From an uncultured Methanosarcinales archaeon (GTDB lineage: Archaea > Halobacteriota > Methanosarcinia > Methanosarcinales > CAZCCY01): a DNA stretch of 41,275 nt. The position numbers and the translations under genes were made by a program. Under the pieces are notes generated by a model. The model ran no database searches, was not told where the DNA came from, and saw nothing but the letters and a program-made list of their open reading frames with translations. The stretch spans positions 14,075 through 55,349 of the forward strand of contig CAZCCY010000002.1 in assembly GCA_964497545.1 (NCBI GenBank), written 5' to 3'. Below, in pieces: positions 18,073 to 27,067 of this stretch (position 1 is its first letter; the number at the start of each line of letters is the position of its first letter).

Positions 18073-18264
18073 CTAGCCGTCTTTCCCTGGCTCCTCTAGG
18101 TGGAGGTGCCAGCCCACCCGGTATCTCTGACCACAGTTTGGACAGATTAAAATAATCTCCGTCCTATCATTTTCAGGCTGGAAAGAGACATGGAACCCCC
18201 TGGCGTATCCACAGGTGGTGCAGACATGGAATTCCTCCTCTACCGCCATGGTTTTAATATCCAT
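18073..18264 (-). CDS. Small zinc-ribbon protein
   Basis: CTTCGYARGFH...ICPNCGQRY; ATG at 18264 preceded by aggtg. Confidence 0.7.
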   Translation of the reverse strand: MDIKTMAVEEEFHVCTTCGYARGFHVSFQPENDRTEIILICPNCGQRYRVGWHLHLEEPGKDG

Positions 18265-18304
18265 GACACACCTTTTTATCCTCAAAGCTTAAATACCTGG
18301 GAGG

Positions 18305-18769
18305 TTGGAAAAATTTTTGATTAGAAAGGCAAGGGTACAGGACGCTCTCCAGATTAAAAGGCTGGTGAACCACTATGCAGAGAGGGGTGAGATGCTTCCC
18401 CGCTCCCTCACCGAGATCTACGAGAACATCCGGGACTTCTATGTCTTTGAAAAAAATGGGGTGCTCGTTGGATGTGGCGCGCTCCATGTCACCTGGGAGG
18501 ACTACGGGGAAATCCTCTCATTGGCAGTGGAACCCTCCCATACCCGCCAGGGCATCGGCACCCGCATACTCCAGGCATGTCTGGGAGAGGCGTCCTCCCT
18601 CGGCCTGAGAAATGTGATCACCCTCACCTACGCTGTGGACTTCTTTAAGAAACATGGGTTTGTGGAGGTGGAAAAACAAACGTTACCCCAGAAGCTCTGG
18701 GGGATGTGTGTCAAATGCCCGAAGTTTCCGGAGTGTGACGAAACTCCACTGCTGAAAAAAATCCCCTGA
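18305..18769 (+). CDS. argA: Amino-acid N-acetyltransferase (short GNAT ArgA)
   Basis: MLPRSLTEIYENIRDF, EILSLAV, QGIG acetyl-CoA loop, LPQKLWGMCVKCPKFPECDE tail. Confidence 0.8.
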   Translation: MEKFLIRKARVQDALQIKRLVNHYAERGEMLPRSLTEIYENIRDFYVFEKNGVLVGCGALHVTWEDYGEILSLAVEPSHTRQGIGTRILQACLGEASSLGLRNVITLTYAVDFFKKHGFVEVEKQTLPQKLWGMCVKCPKFPECDETPLLKKIP

Positions 18770-18812
18770 ACACCAAAGTCTTTTTTTAGATAAAACGAGT
18801 TATCTGTGAGTC

Positions 18813-18887
18813 GGGCTCGTGGCTTAGCCTGGATAGAGCGCTGGGCTTCTAACCCAGATGCCGGGGGTTCAAATCCCTCCGAGCCCG
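18813..18887 (+). tRNA. tRNA-Arg(TCT)
   Basis: Acceptor stem gggctcg/cgagccc, anticodon arm ctggg-ct-tct-aa-cccag, T-loop ttcaaat. Confidence 0.95.
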
Positions 18888-18930
18888 TTCACCACAGACT
18901 TTAATTATCCTTCTGCCTTATCACGAGGAG

Positions 18931-21900
18931 ATGTTCCAGGAAGTCACCGGCCGCTACGATGCAAAAAGTTTGAGCAAGGAGATTGAAAGGCTCTGGGAGC
19001 AAGTTGACGCCTACCGGAAGGTCAGAGAACTCCGGAGGGGTGGCAAAAAGTTTTTTTTTGTGGACGGCCCTCCCTACACTACAGGTCAGATTCACCTTGG
19101 GACTGCCTGGAATAAGGTGATTAAGGACTCTATTCTCAGGTTCAAGTCCATGTCTGGTTTTGACATCCTGGAGCGGGCTGGCTGGGATATGCATGGCCTG
19201 CCCATCGAGATTAAGGTGGAAGAGCTTCTGGGTTTCAAGTCCAAAAAGGACATTGAGGCCTATGGCGTGGAGAATTTCATCAAGAAATGTAAGGAGTACG
19301 CCCTAGCGCAGAAGGAGAGCATGACCGGCCAGTTCCAGCAGCTTGGCGTGTGGCTTAACTGGGAAGAGCCTTACATGACCCTGAAGGACGACTACATTGA
19401 AGCTGCCTGGTGGACTCTCAAACAGGCATGGGAGAGGGGGCTGCTGGAAGAGGGCAGACGGGTTGTAAACTGGTGTCCCAGGTGTGAGACAGCCATCGCA
19501 GATGCAGAGGTGGAATACTGGGACCGGGAAGACCCCTCCATCTATGTTAAATTCAAGGTTAAAGGCAAGACCAATACATATATTGTGATCTGGACCACCA
19601 CGCCCTGGACCCTCCCTGCAAACCTGGCTGTGGCGGTACACCCCTCCTTTGAGTACGCCTGGGTCAAAGCAAAAAAGGACGGCAGCGAGGAGACACTGAT
19701 AATGGCAAGAGAGCTCACAGAACACGTGCTGCGGGAGGGGAGGTACCAGGACTATGAGATACTGGACACAATGCTGGGCGAGGAGCTCGCCTCACTGGTC
19801 TACGAGCACCCACTGGCAGACCTGGTACCCTTCCAGCAGGGTTTTGAACACAAGGTGTTCCTCGCCGAGTTTGTCACAGCAGAGAACACAGGATGCGTCC
19901 ACATTGCACCTGGACACGGACTAGACGACTTCGAACTGGGATTAAAACACGGTCTCCCCCCGTTCTGCCCGGTCGGACCTGACGGCACCTACACCAGGGA
20001 GGCCGGAGCCTACAGTGGGATGAGCGTCTGGGACGCGAACAGGCAGGTGCTCCAGGACCTGAGAGAGCGGGGAGCCCTGCTCGCATCCGGCACCATTCTT
20101 CACAGGTACGGCCACTGCTGGAGGTGCAAGACACCCATCATCTACCTTGCCACAGACCAGTGGTTCATCTCCATCACCCGGTTGAGAGATGAAATGCTCA
20201 GGGAGATTGAACAGGTTAAATGGTATCCTAGCTGGGCTGGCTCTGCCAGGTTCCGGGACTGGGTGGCCGGTGCGCGGGACTGGTGCATCTCCCGCCAGCG
20301 CTACTGGGGCATCCCCCTACCCCTCTGGAGGTGCGAGAAATGCAAGAACGTCCAGGTGATCGGAAGCCTGGAAGAGCTTAAAAAACTCACCGGGAGCGAG
20401 CCACCCGAGCTCCACCGCCCATATGTGGACCAGATAACCCTGAAGTGTGCCTGCGGGGGTGAGATGCGGCGGGTCCAGGATGTGTTTGATGTCTGGTTCG
20501 ACTCCGCGGTGGCCTCCTGGGCGGCTCTCGGATACCCTGCACGTGAAGAGGAGTTCAGGAAGTGGTGGCCGGCAGATTTTATCACCGAGGGCCATGACCA
20601 GACCCGGGGCTGGTTCTACTCCCAGCTCGGTGCAAGCATCATTGCCTTCGGCCAGGCACCCTACAAGAGCGTCCTGATGCACGGGTTCACCCTGGACGAG
20701 GAAGGCCACAAGATGTCCAAGAGCAAGGGCAACACTGTGACACCCAGCGAGGTAATCAGGAGATACGGGGCCGAAGCCCTCAGACTCTACCTGCTCTCCC
20801 AGAACGCGCCCTGGGAGGACCTGAAATTCAGCTGGGAGGGGGTGGCCAACAGCCACCGCACCCTGAACATCCTCTGGAACGTGTACAAGTTCCCCCTCCC
20901 CTACATGGCCCTGGACAACTTCAACCCCCAACAGCACAAACTCGAGGACCTGCCCCTCCGGGTAGAAGACAGGTGGATACTCTCCCGCACCTCCTCCACC
21001 CTCCAGAAGGTGACCGAGAGCATGGAAAGCTACGAACTCCACCGTGCGGTCAGAAGCCTCACCGAGTTCATCCTCGAGGACCTCTCCCGGTGGTACATCC
21101 AGCTCATAAGGCCCCGCACCTGGACCGAAGCCGAAGACCCAGACAAAATAGCAGCCTACAAGACCATCCACCACGTCCTCACCCTGACCGCAAAGATGCT
21201 CGCACCCTTCACCCCCTACACAAGCGAAGCAATCTACCAGAACCTCACACCCAAACCCCTAGAATCAGTACACATGACAGACTGGCCCACACCTGAGAAA
21301 TGGCTCAACCCAGAACTGGAAGAAAAAATGGAGACAGCAAGACAGGTGGTCGAGGCAGCATCCAGCGCCCGCCAGCAGGCCCGCCGCAAACTCAGATGGC
21401 CCCTAAAAAGAATAATAATCACACCCCAAAACAAAGAGACCTACCAGGCAATCTCAGACATGAAAAGAGTAATCCAGGAACAATCCAACACCCAAAACCT
21501 GACACTCCTGGAGCCGGGAGAGGTCTGGGAGGAAATATCAGAAAAAGCCCTCCCCAACTACACCGCCCTCGGCCCAGTATTCCGCAAAGAAGCAGGAAAA
21601 ATAGCAAAAGCAATCCAGGAAACACCACCCAGCACCCTCAAAAAAGCCCTCCAGAGCAAGGGCAGCTACGAGGTCCTGCCAGGAAAAAAAATAACACAAG
21701 AGATGGTAAACTGGCAGACACAGATACCTGAGAACATCTATCCGGCAGAATTCCCAGGCGGCACCCTCTACATCGACACCACCCTCACACCCCAGATAGA
21801 AAGCCAGGGATACGCCAGAGAAATCGTAAGACGCATACAAGACATGCGCAAACAGCTAGACCTCGCAGTAGAAGACAAAATAAACGTGAAACTCCAGATA

Positions 21901-22062
21901 CCAGACACAAAAATAACAGACCTCATAAAAAGGGAACACAAATACATCATAGGAGAGGTAAGAGCAGCCCAACTCGAGATAGACCAGGCAGAAGAGGGGA
22001 AACTCGTGAAGGAATGGGATGTTGAAGGCGTAAAAATAAAAATCGCTGTAACACCCATCTAA
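18931..22062 (+). CDS. ileS: Isoleucine--tRNA ligase
   Basis: DGPPY, HLGT (HIGH-like), [35 protein letters not shown]. Confidence 0.97.
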   Translation: MFQEVTGRYDAKSLSKEIERLWEQVDAYRKVRELRRGGKKFFFVDGPPYTTGQIHLGTAWNKVIKDSILRFKSMSGFDILERAGWDMHGLPIEIKVEELLGFKSKKDIEAYGVENFIKKCKEYALAQKESMTGQFQQLGVWLNWEEPYMTLKDDYIEAAWWTLKQAWERGLLEEGRRVVNWCPRCETAIADAEVEYWDREDPSIYVKFKVKGKTNTYIVIWTTTPWTLPANLAVAVHPSFEYAWVKAKKDGSEETLIMARELTEHVLREGRYQDYEILDTMLGEELASLVYEHPLADLVPFQQGFEHKVFLAEFVTAENTGCVHIAPGHGLDDFELGLKHGLPPFCPVGPDGTYTREAGAYSGMSVWDANRQVLQDLRERGALLASGTILHRYGHCWRCKTPIIYLATDQWFISITRLRDEMLREIEQVKWYPSWAGSARFRDWVAGARDWCISRQRYWGIPLPLWRCEKCKNVQVIGSLEELKKLTGSEPPELHRPYVDQITLKCACGGEMRRVQDVFDVWFDSAVASWAALGYPAREEEFRKWWPADFITEGHDQTRGWFYSQLGASIIAFGQAPYKSVLMHGFTLDEEGHKMSKSKGNTVTPSEVIRRYGAEALRLYLLSQNAPWEDLKFSWEGVANSHRTLNILWNVYKFPLPYMALDNFNPQQHKLEDLPLRVEDRWILSRTSSTLQKVTESMESYELHRAVRSLTEFILEDLSRWYIQLIRPRTWTEAEDPDKIAAYKTIHHVLTLTAKMLAPFTPYTSEAIYQNLTPKPLESVHMTDWPTPEKWLNPELEEKMETARQVVEAASSARQQARRKLRWPLKRIIITPQNKETYQAISDMKRVIQEQSNTQNLTLLEPGEVWEEISEKALPNYTALGPVFRKEAGKIAKAIQETPPSTLKKALQSKGSYEVLPGKKITQEMVNWQTQIPENIYPAEFPGGTLYIDTTLTPQIESQGYAREIVRRIQDMRKQLDLAVEDKINVKLQIPDTKITDLIKREHKYIIGEVRAAQLEIDQAEEGKLVKEWDVEGVKIKIAVTPI

Positions 22063-22147
22063 ACCCCCGCCCACGACGGATTTGGGTGGAGGTGCGAATC
22101 ACCGAAGCCATGAAGCCGTATGTCTGCTGTTAGGCGAAGTAGCTGTA

Positions 22148-22466
22148 TCAATATTATCTTTCGTTCTCTTTTTATAGGTCCTGTCTTTTGGGCTGTTTCT
22201 TTGAGCCATTCAGATGAAAAAATGCTGCAAAGGTCTTTCTCAATGACATCTGAATTGTAGGATGGTTTTTTCTTTCATCTTTTTTGGTGTTTCTCATCGA
22301 TTGCCCCTCAATATTATAATACAATTTAATTAGAATTCTAATGTAATACACACAATATAAATGTTACCCATCATGGCAACCAGGTAAGGGAAGAGAATTA
22401 ATTAAATATATTTTTATTAAATAATTTGTGATGTTTTATAATAATTTTCTTAACCGATGACCGATG
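22148..22466 (-). mobile_element. Truncated IS4-family (ISH8 group) remnant
   Basis: Minus-strand end catcggtcatcggttaag (22449-22466) resembles ISH8-group TIRs; downstream frame reads DVIEKDLCSIFSSEWLKETAQKTGPIKRERKI, like an IS4 transposase N-terminus, without an in-frame start. Confidence 0.65.
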
Positions 22467-22524
22467 AAATTTTGTAAATTTAAATCAAAAATGTATTAAA
22501 ACATGACGAACATTTTATAATTGC

Positions 22525-23337
22525 ATGTTAAGTTATAGAAGATATAAATTGAAAAAAGCAGTATTGTTATTAATAGCGATTTTGATAGTATCGACTTTGG
22601 CACTGGCACATGAAGAGAGCTCGGAAGCAAATGACGCTAAAGAACTCTTTGAAAATGCTGATATGATTATTGTGCCATTCATCGCCAATCCAGGTGTAAC
22701 GATTGATGGAAAAATCGGAGCATCCGAATATAGTGATTACGGACGTTTTCTGGATGAAGACACAGGTATGCAGGTATATCTTGAGCATGACGGCAGTTCC
22801 CTGTATGTTGGTTTGAAAAATCCTGGGAATGGCTGGATTGCCATAGGTTTCGGCAATGAAAATATGAAAAATGGTGCCAATGTGATTATGGGATACATGG
22901 ACAATGGCACTCTGCTCATAAGAGATAGCTATGCATCAGAGATTGACGGTGAAATGGAGCATGAACCGGTTGAAAATCTTGGAGGGAATAACGATATTGT
23001 ATCTGCAAAAGGAATAGAGGATTCCCTTGGAACCACTATAGAGTTCAAGGTTCCCCTGAATTCCAAAGATAAATACGGACGGCATCTTGAACCCGGGAAA
23101 ATTTATCCTATGATCATCGCCTTTAATGACTCTTTTAAGGAATTCAATCCTACTCTTGATGAGGGAGAGATTCATTTCGAGAAGATTTACGTTGCAAGGC
23201 AAAGCGACGATTTGGAGGAAATTGTTGATTTATTTGCCAGGAATATCTCTCCCACGAGCGCGGTGGCTGCAGCAGCATTTCTTGGTATTTCCTTTGCTAT
23301 TCTATTGATAGCATATTATCCATGGAGGAAACATTAA
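22525..23337 (+). CDS. Membrane-anchored DOMON-domain protein
   Basis: Signal peptide (start possibly TTG 22549), LYVGL...GWIAIGFG...M..ANVIMG...RDSY...TTIEF DOMON pattern, late His, C-terminal TM. Confidence 0.8.
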   Translation: MLSYRRYKLKKAVLLLIAILIVSTLALAHEESSEANDAKELFENADMIIVPFIANPGVTIDGKIGASEYSDYGRFLDEDTGMQVYLEHDGSSLYVGLKNPGNGWIAIGFGNENMKNGANVIMGYMDNGTLLIRDSYASEIDGEMEHEPVENLGGNNDIVSAKGIEDSLGTTIEFKVPLNSKDKYGRHLEPGKIYPMIIAFNDSFKEFNPTLDEGEIHFEKIYVARQSDDLEEIVDLFARNISPTSAVAAAAFLGISFAILLIAYYPWRKH

Positions 23338-24360
23338 ATGAAATTTTCAAAAAGAATGTGGCAGGCTCTAGATGAAAGGCTATGTTTTAGCAAACTTTCG
23401 TATCCCATCCCAAAAAATGGGAATAATCTCGGATATTGCCTTGGTGGTATTACCTTATTTAGTTTCTTTATATTGATTATAACAGGTATATATCTTGCCC
23501 AGTTCTATAGCCCGGAAATCGCAGCAGCAAATAGCAGTGTATTGCTTATGAGCGCTGGTTTCACAGGATTTATACGTGGTATACATTACTGGGCTGCTCA
23601 GGCTGTTTTTGTTTTAATTATTCTACATCTATCGAGGATATACATTACAGGTTCATATAAGAAACCGAGGGAGTTTAACTGGCTTGTCGGCGTTGGACTT
23701 TTTGCAATCACACTAGGTTTTATATTCAGCGGTACTATACTTAAATGGGATCAAGAAGCGTATGAAGCCTTCCTGCATAATATAGGGCTAGCAAACCTGC
23801 TTGGAAGCTTAGGCACATGGTTTTCAGCAGCTTTCTCATCCCATATTTTACACCGGATGTACGATATCCACATCGCTATTTTACCCCTCCTTTTTGTACT
23901 GGTGTTCCTTATACATGCATTCTTAGTAAAGATGCTGGGCATATCCCTGTGGCCTGCAAATGGAGAAAACACCAAACATGATACCACTATACCTTTCACA
24001 ACGCATATGAAAAAAGTAACAATTCTTGGATTAATAGTGCTTGGTGCACTAGCTGTGCTCTCAGCAGTTTTTCCACCTCCACTTGGACCTGCACCCATAG
24101 AAGGCATAGAAGTTACAAAACCTCCGTGGATGTTTTTGGGATTATATGCCATAGAAAACAGTCTGGGACTTAAGAGTCTGTTTTATGTGCCTGTATTGTC
24201 CTTTGCTTTACTGGCAGCAGTACCTTTTGTTGATATGCGGCCGGAAAGAAACCCGAGTAAAAGGAAGCTGATGATAGCAGCGCTGATAGTTGCTATGGCA
24301 ATATTGATTTCTCTGATATTGATGGCAGCGCTCACAGCGCCACAGGCACATATAGGCTGA
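23338..24360 (+). CDS. Cytochrome b/b6-like subunit (bc-complex family)
   Basis: YCLGGITL, RGIHYWAA...LHLSR, YKKPREFNW, WDQ, DIH...LIH (four heme His), KPPWM in place of PEWY. Confidence 0.9.
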   Translation: MKFSKRMWQALDERLCFSKLSYPIPKNGNNLGYCLGGITLFSFFILIITGIYLAQFYSPEIAAANSSVLLMSAGFTGFIRGIHYWAAQAVFVLIILHLSRIYITGSYKKPREFNWLVGVGLFAITLGFIFSGTILKWDQEAYEAFLHNIGLANLLGSLGTWFSAAFSSHILHRMYDIHIAILPLLFVLVFLIHAFLVKMLGISLWPANGENTKHDTTIPFTTHMKKVTILGLIVLGALAVLSAVFPPPLGPAPIEGIEVTKPPWMFLGLYAIENSLGLKSLFYVPVLSFALLAAVPFVDMRPERNPSKRKLMIAALIVAMAILISLILMAALTAPQAHIG

Positions 24361-24495
24361 ACTCATACGTCATCGGGTAGGGTCAGCATAACCATCATGT
24401 CTGTACCAGCATCAAGAATATCCAAAATTTCTTTTAATTTTCCCTAGTGATTACCGATAATTCTATTTACCCTTATTGTGTTACCCGCCCCTTTG

Positions 24496-27057
24496 ATGGA
24501 GCTGGCCAGAGAGTACGATGCCAAGGCTGTTGAGGAGAAGTGGCTTAGGAGTTGGAGTGCTGAGATGTATGCTTTTGACCGAGATTCGGAGAAGCCCAGG
24601 TTTGTTATTGACACTCCTCCCCCGTATCCTACCGGGGATTTTCATATTGGGAATGCGCTTAACTGGTGTTACATTGATTTTGTGGCCAGGTTCCGGCGGA
24701 TGCAGGGGTTTAATGTGATGTTCCCCCAGGGGTGGGACTGTCATGGTCTTCCCACCGAGGTTAAGGTGGAGGAGAGCTATGGGATTACCAAGAACCAGGT
24801 CTCTCGGGGTGAGTTCAGGCGTCTCTGTGTCGAGTTGACCAGGGAGAACATCCGGAAGATGGAGGAGAGCCTGAGGCGGCTGGGGTTCTCCATTGACTGG
24901 ACAAACGAGTACATCACCATGGAGCCCAGCTATTATCGTAAGACCCAGGTTTCTTTTGTCAGGATGTACAGGCAGGGCTTGATTTATCAGGCTGAGCATC
25001 CGGTCAACTGGTGTCCCAGGTGTGAGACCGCTATTGCGTTTGCCGAGGTGGAATACGACTCCCGAAAGACCACTTTGAACTATTTCCATTTTGACAGTAT
25101 GGATATTGCAACCACCAGGCCTGAGCTCCTGGCAGCCTGCGTTGCAGTGGCTGTAAACCCAGAGGACGAGAGGTTCCGGGACAAGGTTGGCTCCAGGTTG
25201 AGGGTCCCACTTTTCGGTCATGAGGTGGAGGTAATCGAGGACCCGGAGGTTGACCCGGATTTTGGGACGGGTGCAGTGATGATCTGCACCTTTGGGGATA
25301 AGCAGGATGTCAGGTGGTGGGCTAAGTATGGCCTCCAGCTCCGCAAAGCGGTGGACAAGAAGGGGAGGATGCTGGCACCGGGCTATGAGGGGATGACCAT
25401 CGAGGAGTGCAGAAGAGCCATCATCGAAGACCTCAGGCAGGGGGGTTTGCTCTATCGTCAGGAGGAGGTTGACCAGAATGTGGGGCTCTGCTGGAGGTGT
25501 AAGACCCCTATCGAGATTCTGAGCGAGCGTCAGTGGTTTGTTAAAATCAACCCCAGTGAGATAATGGAGACCTCAGGGGAGATAAAATGGATACCCTCTC
25601 ACATGGAGACCCGGCTTAAAAACTGGACCGGTACCATGGAGTGGGACTGGTGCATCTCAAGACAGCGGGTCTTCGCAACTCCGATACCGGTCTGGTACTG
25701 CCAGAAGTGCGGCAGGACAAAGGTGGCAGAGGAGAAGTGGCTGCCCCTCGACCCTCTGGAGAGCCAGCCTCCAGTGGCTTGTGAATGCGGTTCCACGGAT
25801 TTTGAGGGAGAGGAGGATGTCCTGGACACCTGGATGGACTCCTCGATTTCTGCCATGCACATCTCTGGCTGGCCCGAACAGGGGGATACCAGGCTCCCCT
25901 GCCAGCTCAGGCCCCAGGGACATGATATCATCCGCACCTGGGCGTTCTACACCATCCTCAGAACAAAGGCCCTGGCGGGCGTCAAACCCTGGGAGACCAT
26001 ACTCATAAACGGCATGGTCCTTGGCGAGGACGGCCACAAGATGAGTAAATCCCGCAACAATTTCGTGGTACCAGAGGAGGTGACCGGGAGATATGGGGCT
26101 GACGCCTTCCGGCACTGGGCAGCCCTGGGTGGTGCTACTGGCAGTGATGTGATGTTCCGATGGAAGGACGTGGTAGCAGGCTCAAGGTTCCTACAGAAAC
26201 TCTGGAACATCACAAGATTCTCCCTCCTGAACCTCCAGGGCTACCAGCATCGGGAGTTTGACAAAACAGAGCTTTCCACGGTGGATAGGTGGCTGCTCTC
26301 CAGGCTCCACAGGCTCATCCAGGACACCACAGCCCGGCTTGAGAACTACCAGTTTGACGAGGCTCTGAAAGGGCTTCGAAGCTTCACCTGGGAGGTGCTG
26401 GCTGACAACTACATCGAGCTTGTGAAATCCCGCCTCTACACCCAGGGCGACCAGAGGGCGAGGTACACCCTTTACACCACCCTTGACACCCTGGTCCGGA
26501 TGCTGGCACCCTTCCTCCCCTACATCACCGAGGAAATCTATCATCACCTCGCCAGGGAGAGTGTTCATCTGCAGGAGTGGCCCAGGGTGGAAAAGGAGCT
26601 GATAGACCCAGCTGTGGAGGAGGAGGGGGAGCTAATCAAGGAAATCGTGAAAGAGGTCAGACACTACAAATCCCAGCATGGGATACCCCTCAACCAGCCC
26701 CTCACCCGAATCGAGCTCTACCACACCGGGCTGAAAGACCCCCTCGACATCCAGGGCGCCACCAGCACCCCCACTGAAATCAGGAGAGGTGACCCGGACT
26801 TCCAGGAGGTACCGGTAGCCCTGAAACCCAACCTTGGGGTGATAGGCCCAAGGTACAAGAAGAAAGCCAGAGACATCATAAAAGCCCTGGAAGAATTGAA
26901 CCCGGCCAAAGCCAGAGACGGTGTTAAACTGACCATCGAAGGCGAAGAGGTGGAAATCCCGCCTGAATGCTACCACCTCGAGAAAGAGGTCCGCTCCCAG
27001 GGGAGAAAGGTCGAGGTGCTTGAGGTCAGAAAGGGCATCGTGGTGGTAACGCCCTAG
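24496..27057 (+). CDS. valS: Valine--tRNA ligase
   Basis: [44 protein letters not shown]. Confidence 0.97.
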   Translation: MELAREYDAKAVEEKWLRSWSAEMYAFDRDSEKPRFVIDTPPPYPTGDFHIGNALNWCYIDFVARFRRMQGFNVMFPQGWDCHGLPTEVKVEESYGITKNQVSRGEFRRLCVELTRENIRKMEESLRRLGFSIDWTNEYITMEPSYYRKTQVSFVRMYRQGLIYQAEHPVNWCPRCETAIAFAEVEYDSRKTTLNYFHFDSMDIATTRPELLAACVAVAVNPEDERFRDKVGSRLRVPLFGHEVEVIEDPEVDPDFGTGAVMICTFGDKQDVRWWAKYGLQLRKAVDKKGRMLAPGYEGMTIEECRRAIIEDLRQGGLLYRQEEVDQNVGLCWRCKTPIEILSERQWFVKINPSEIMETSGEIKWIPSHMETRLKNWTGTMEWDWCISRQRVFATPIPVWYCQKCGRTKVAEEKWLPLDPLESQPPVACECGSTDFEGEEDVLDTWMDSSISAMHISGWPEQGDTRLPCQLRPQGHDIIRTWAFYTILRTKALAGVKPWETILINGMVLGEDGHKMSKSRNNFVVPEEVTGRYGADAFRHWAALGGATGSDVMFRWKDVVAGSRFLQKLWNITRFSLLNLQGYQHREFDKTELSTVDRWLLSRLHRLIQDTTARLENYQFDEALKGLRSFTWEVLADNYIELVKSRLYTQGDQRARYTLYTTLDTLVRMLAPFLPYITEEIYHHLARESVHLQEWPRVEKELIDPAVEEEGELIKEIVKEVRHYKSQHGIPLNQPLTRIELYHTGLKDPLDIQGATSTPTEIRRGDPDFQEVPVALKPNLGVIGPRYKKKARDIIKALEELNPAKARDGVKLTIEGEEVEIPPECYHLEKEVRSQGRKVEVLEVRKGIVVVTP

Positions 27058-27067
27058 GATTGGGAGT

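Noticed and set aside
19090-19110. Non-canonical HIGH motif (HLGT) in IleRS
   Set aside because: A common variant in euryarchaeal IleRS.
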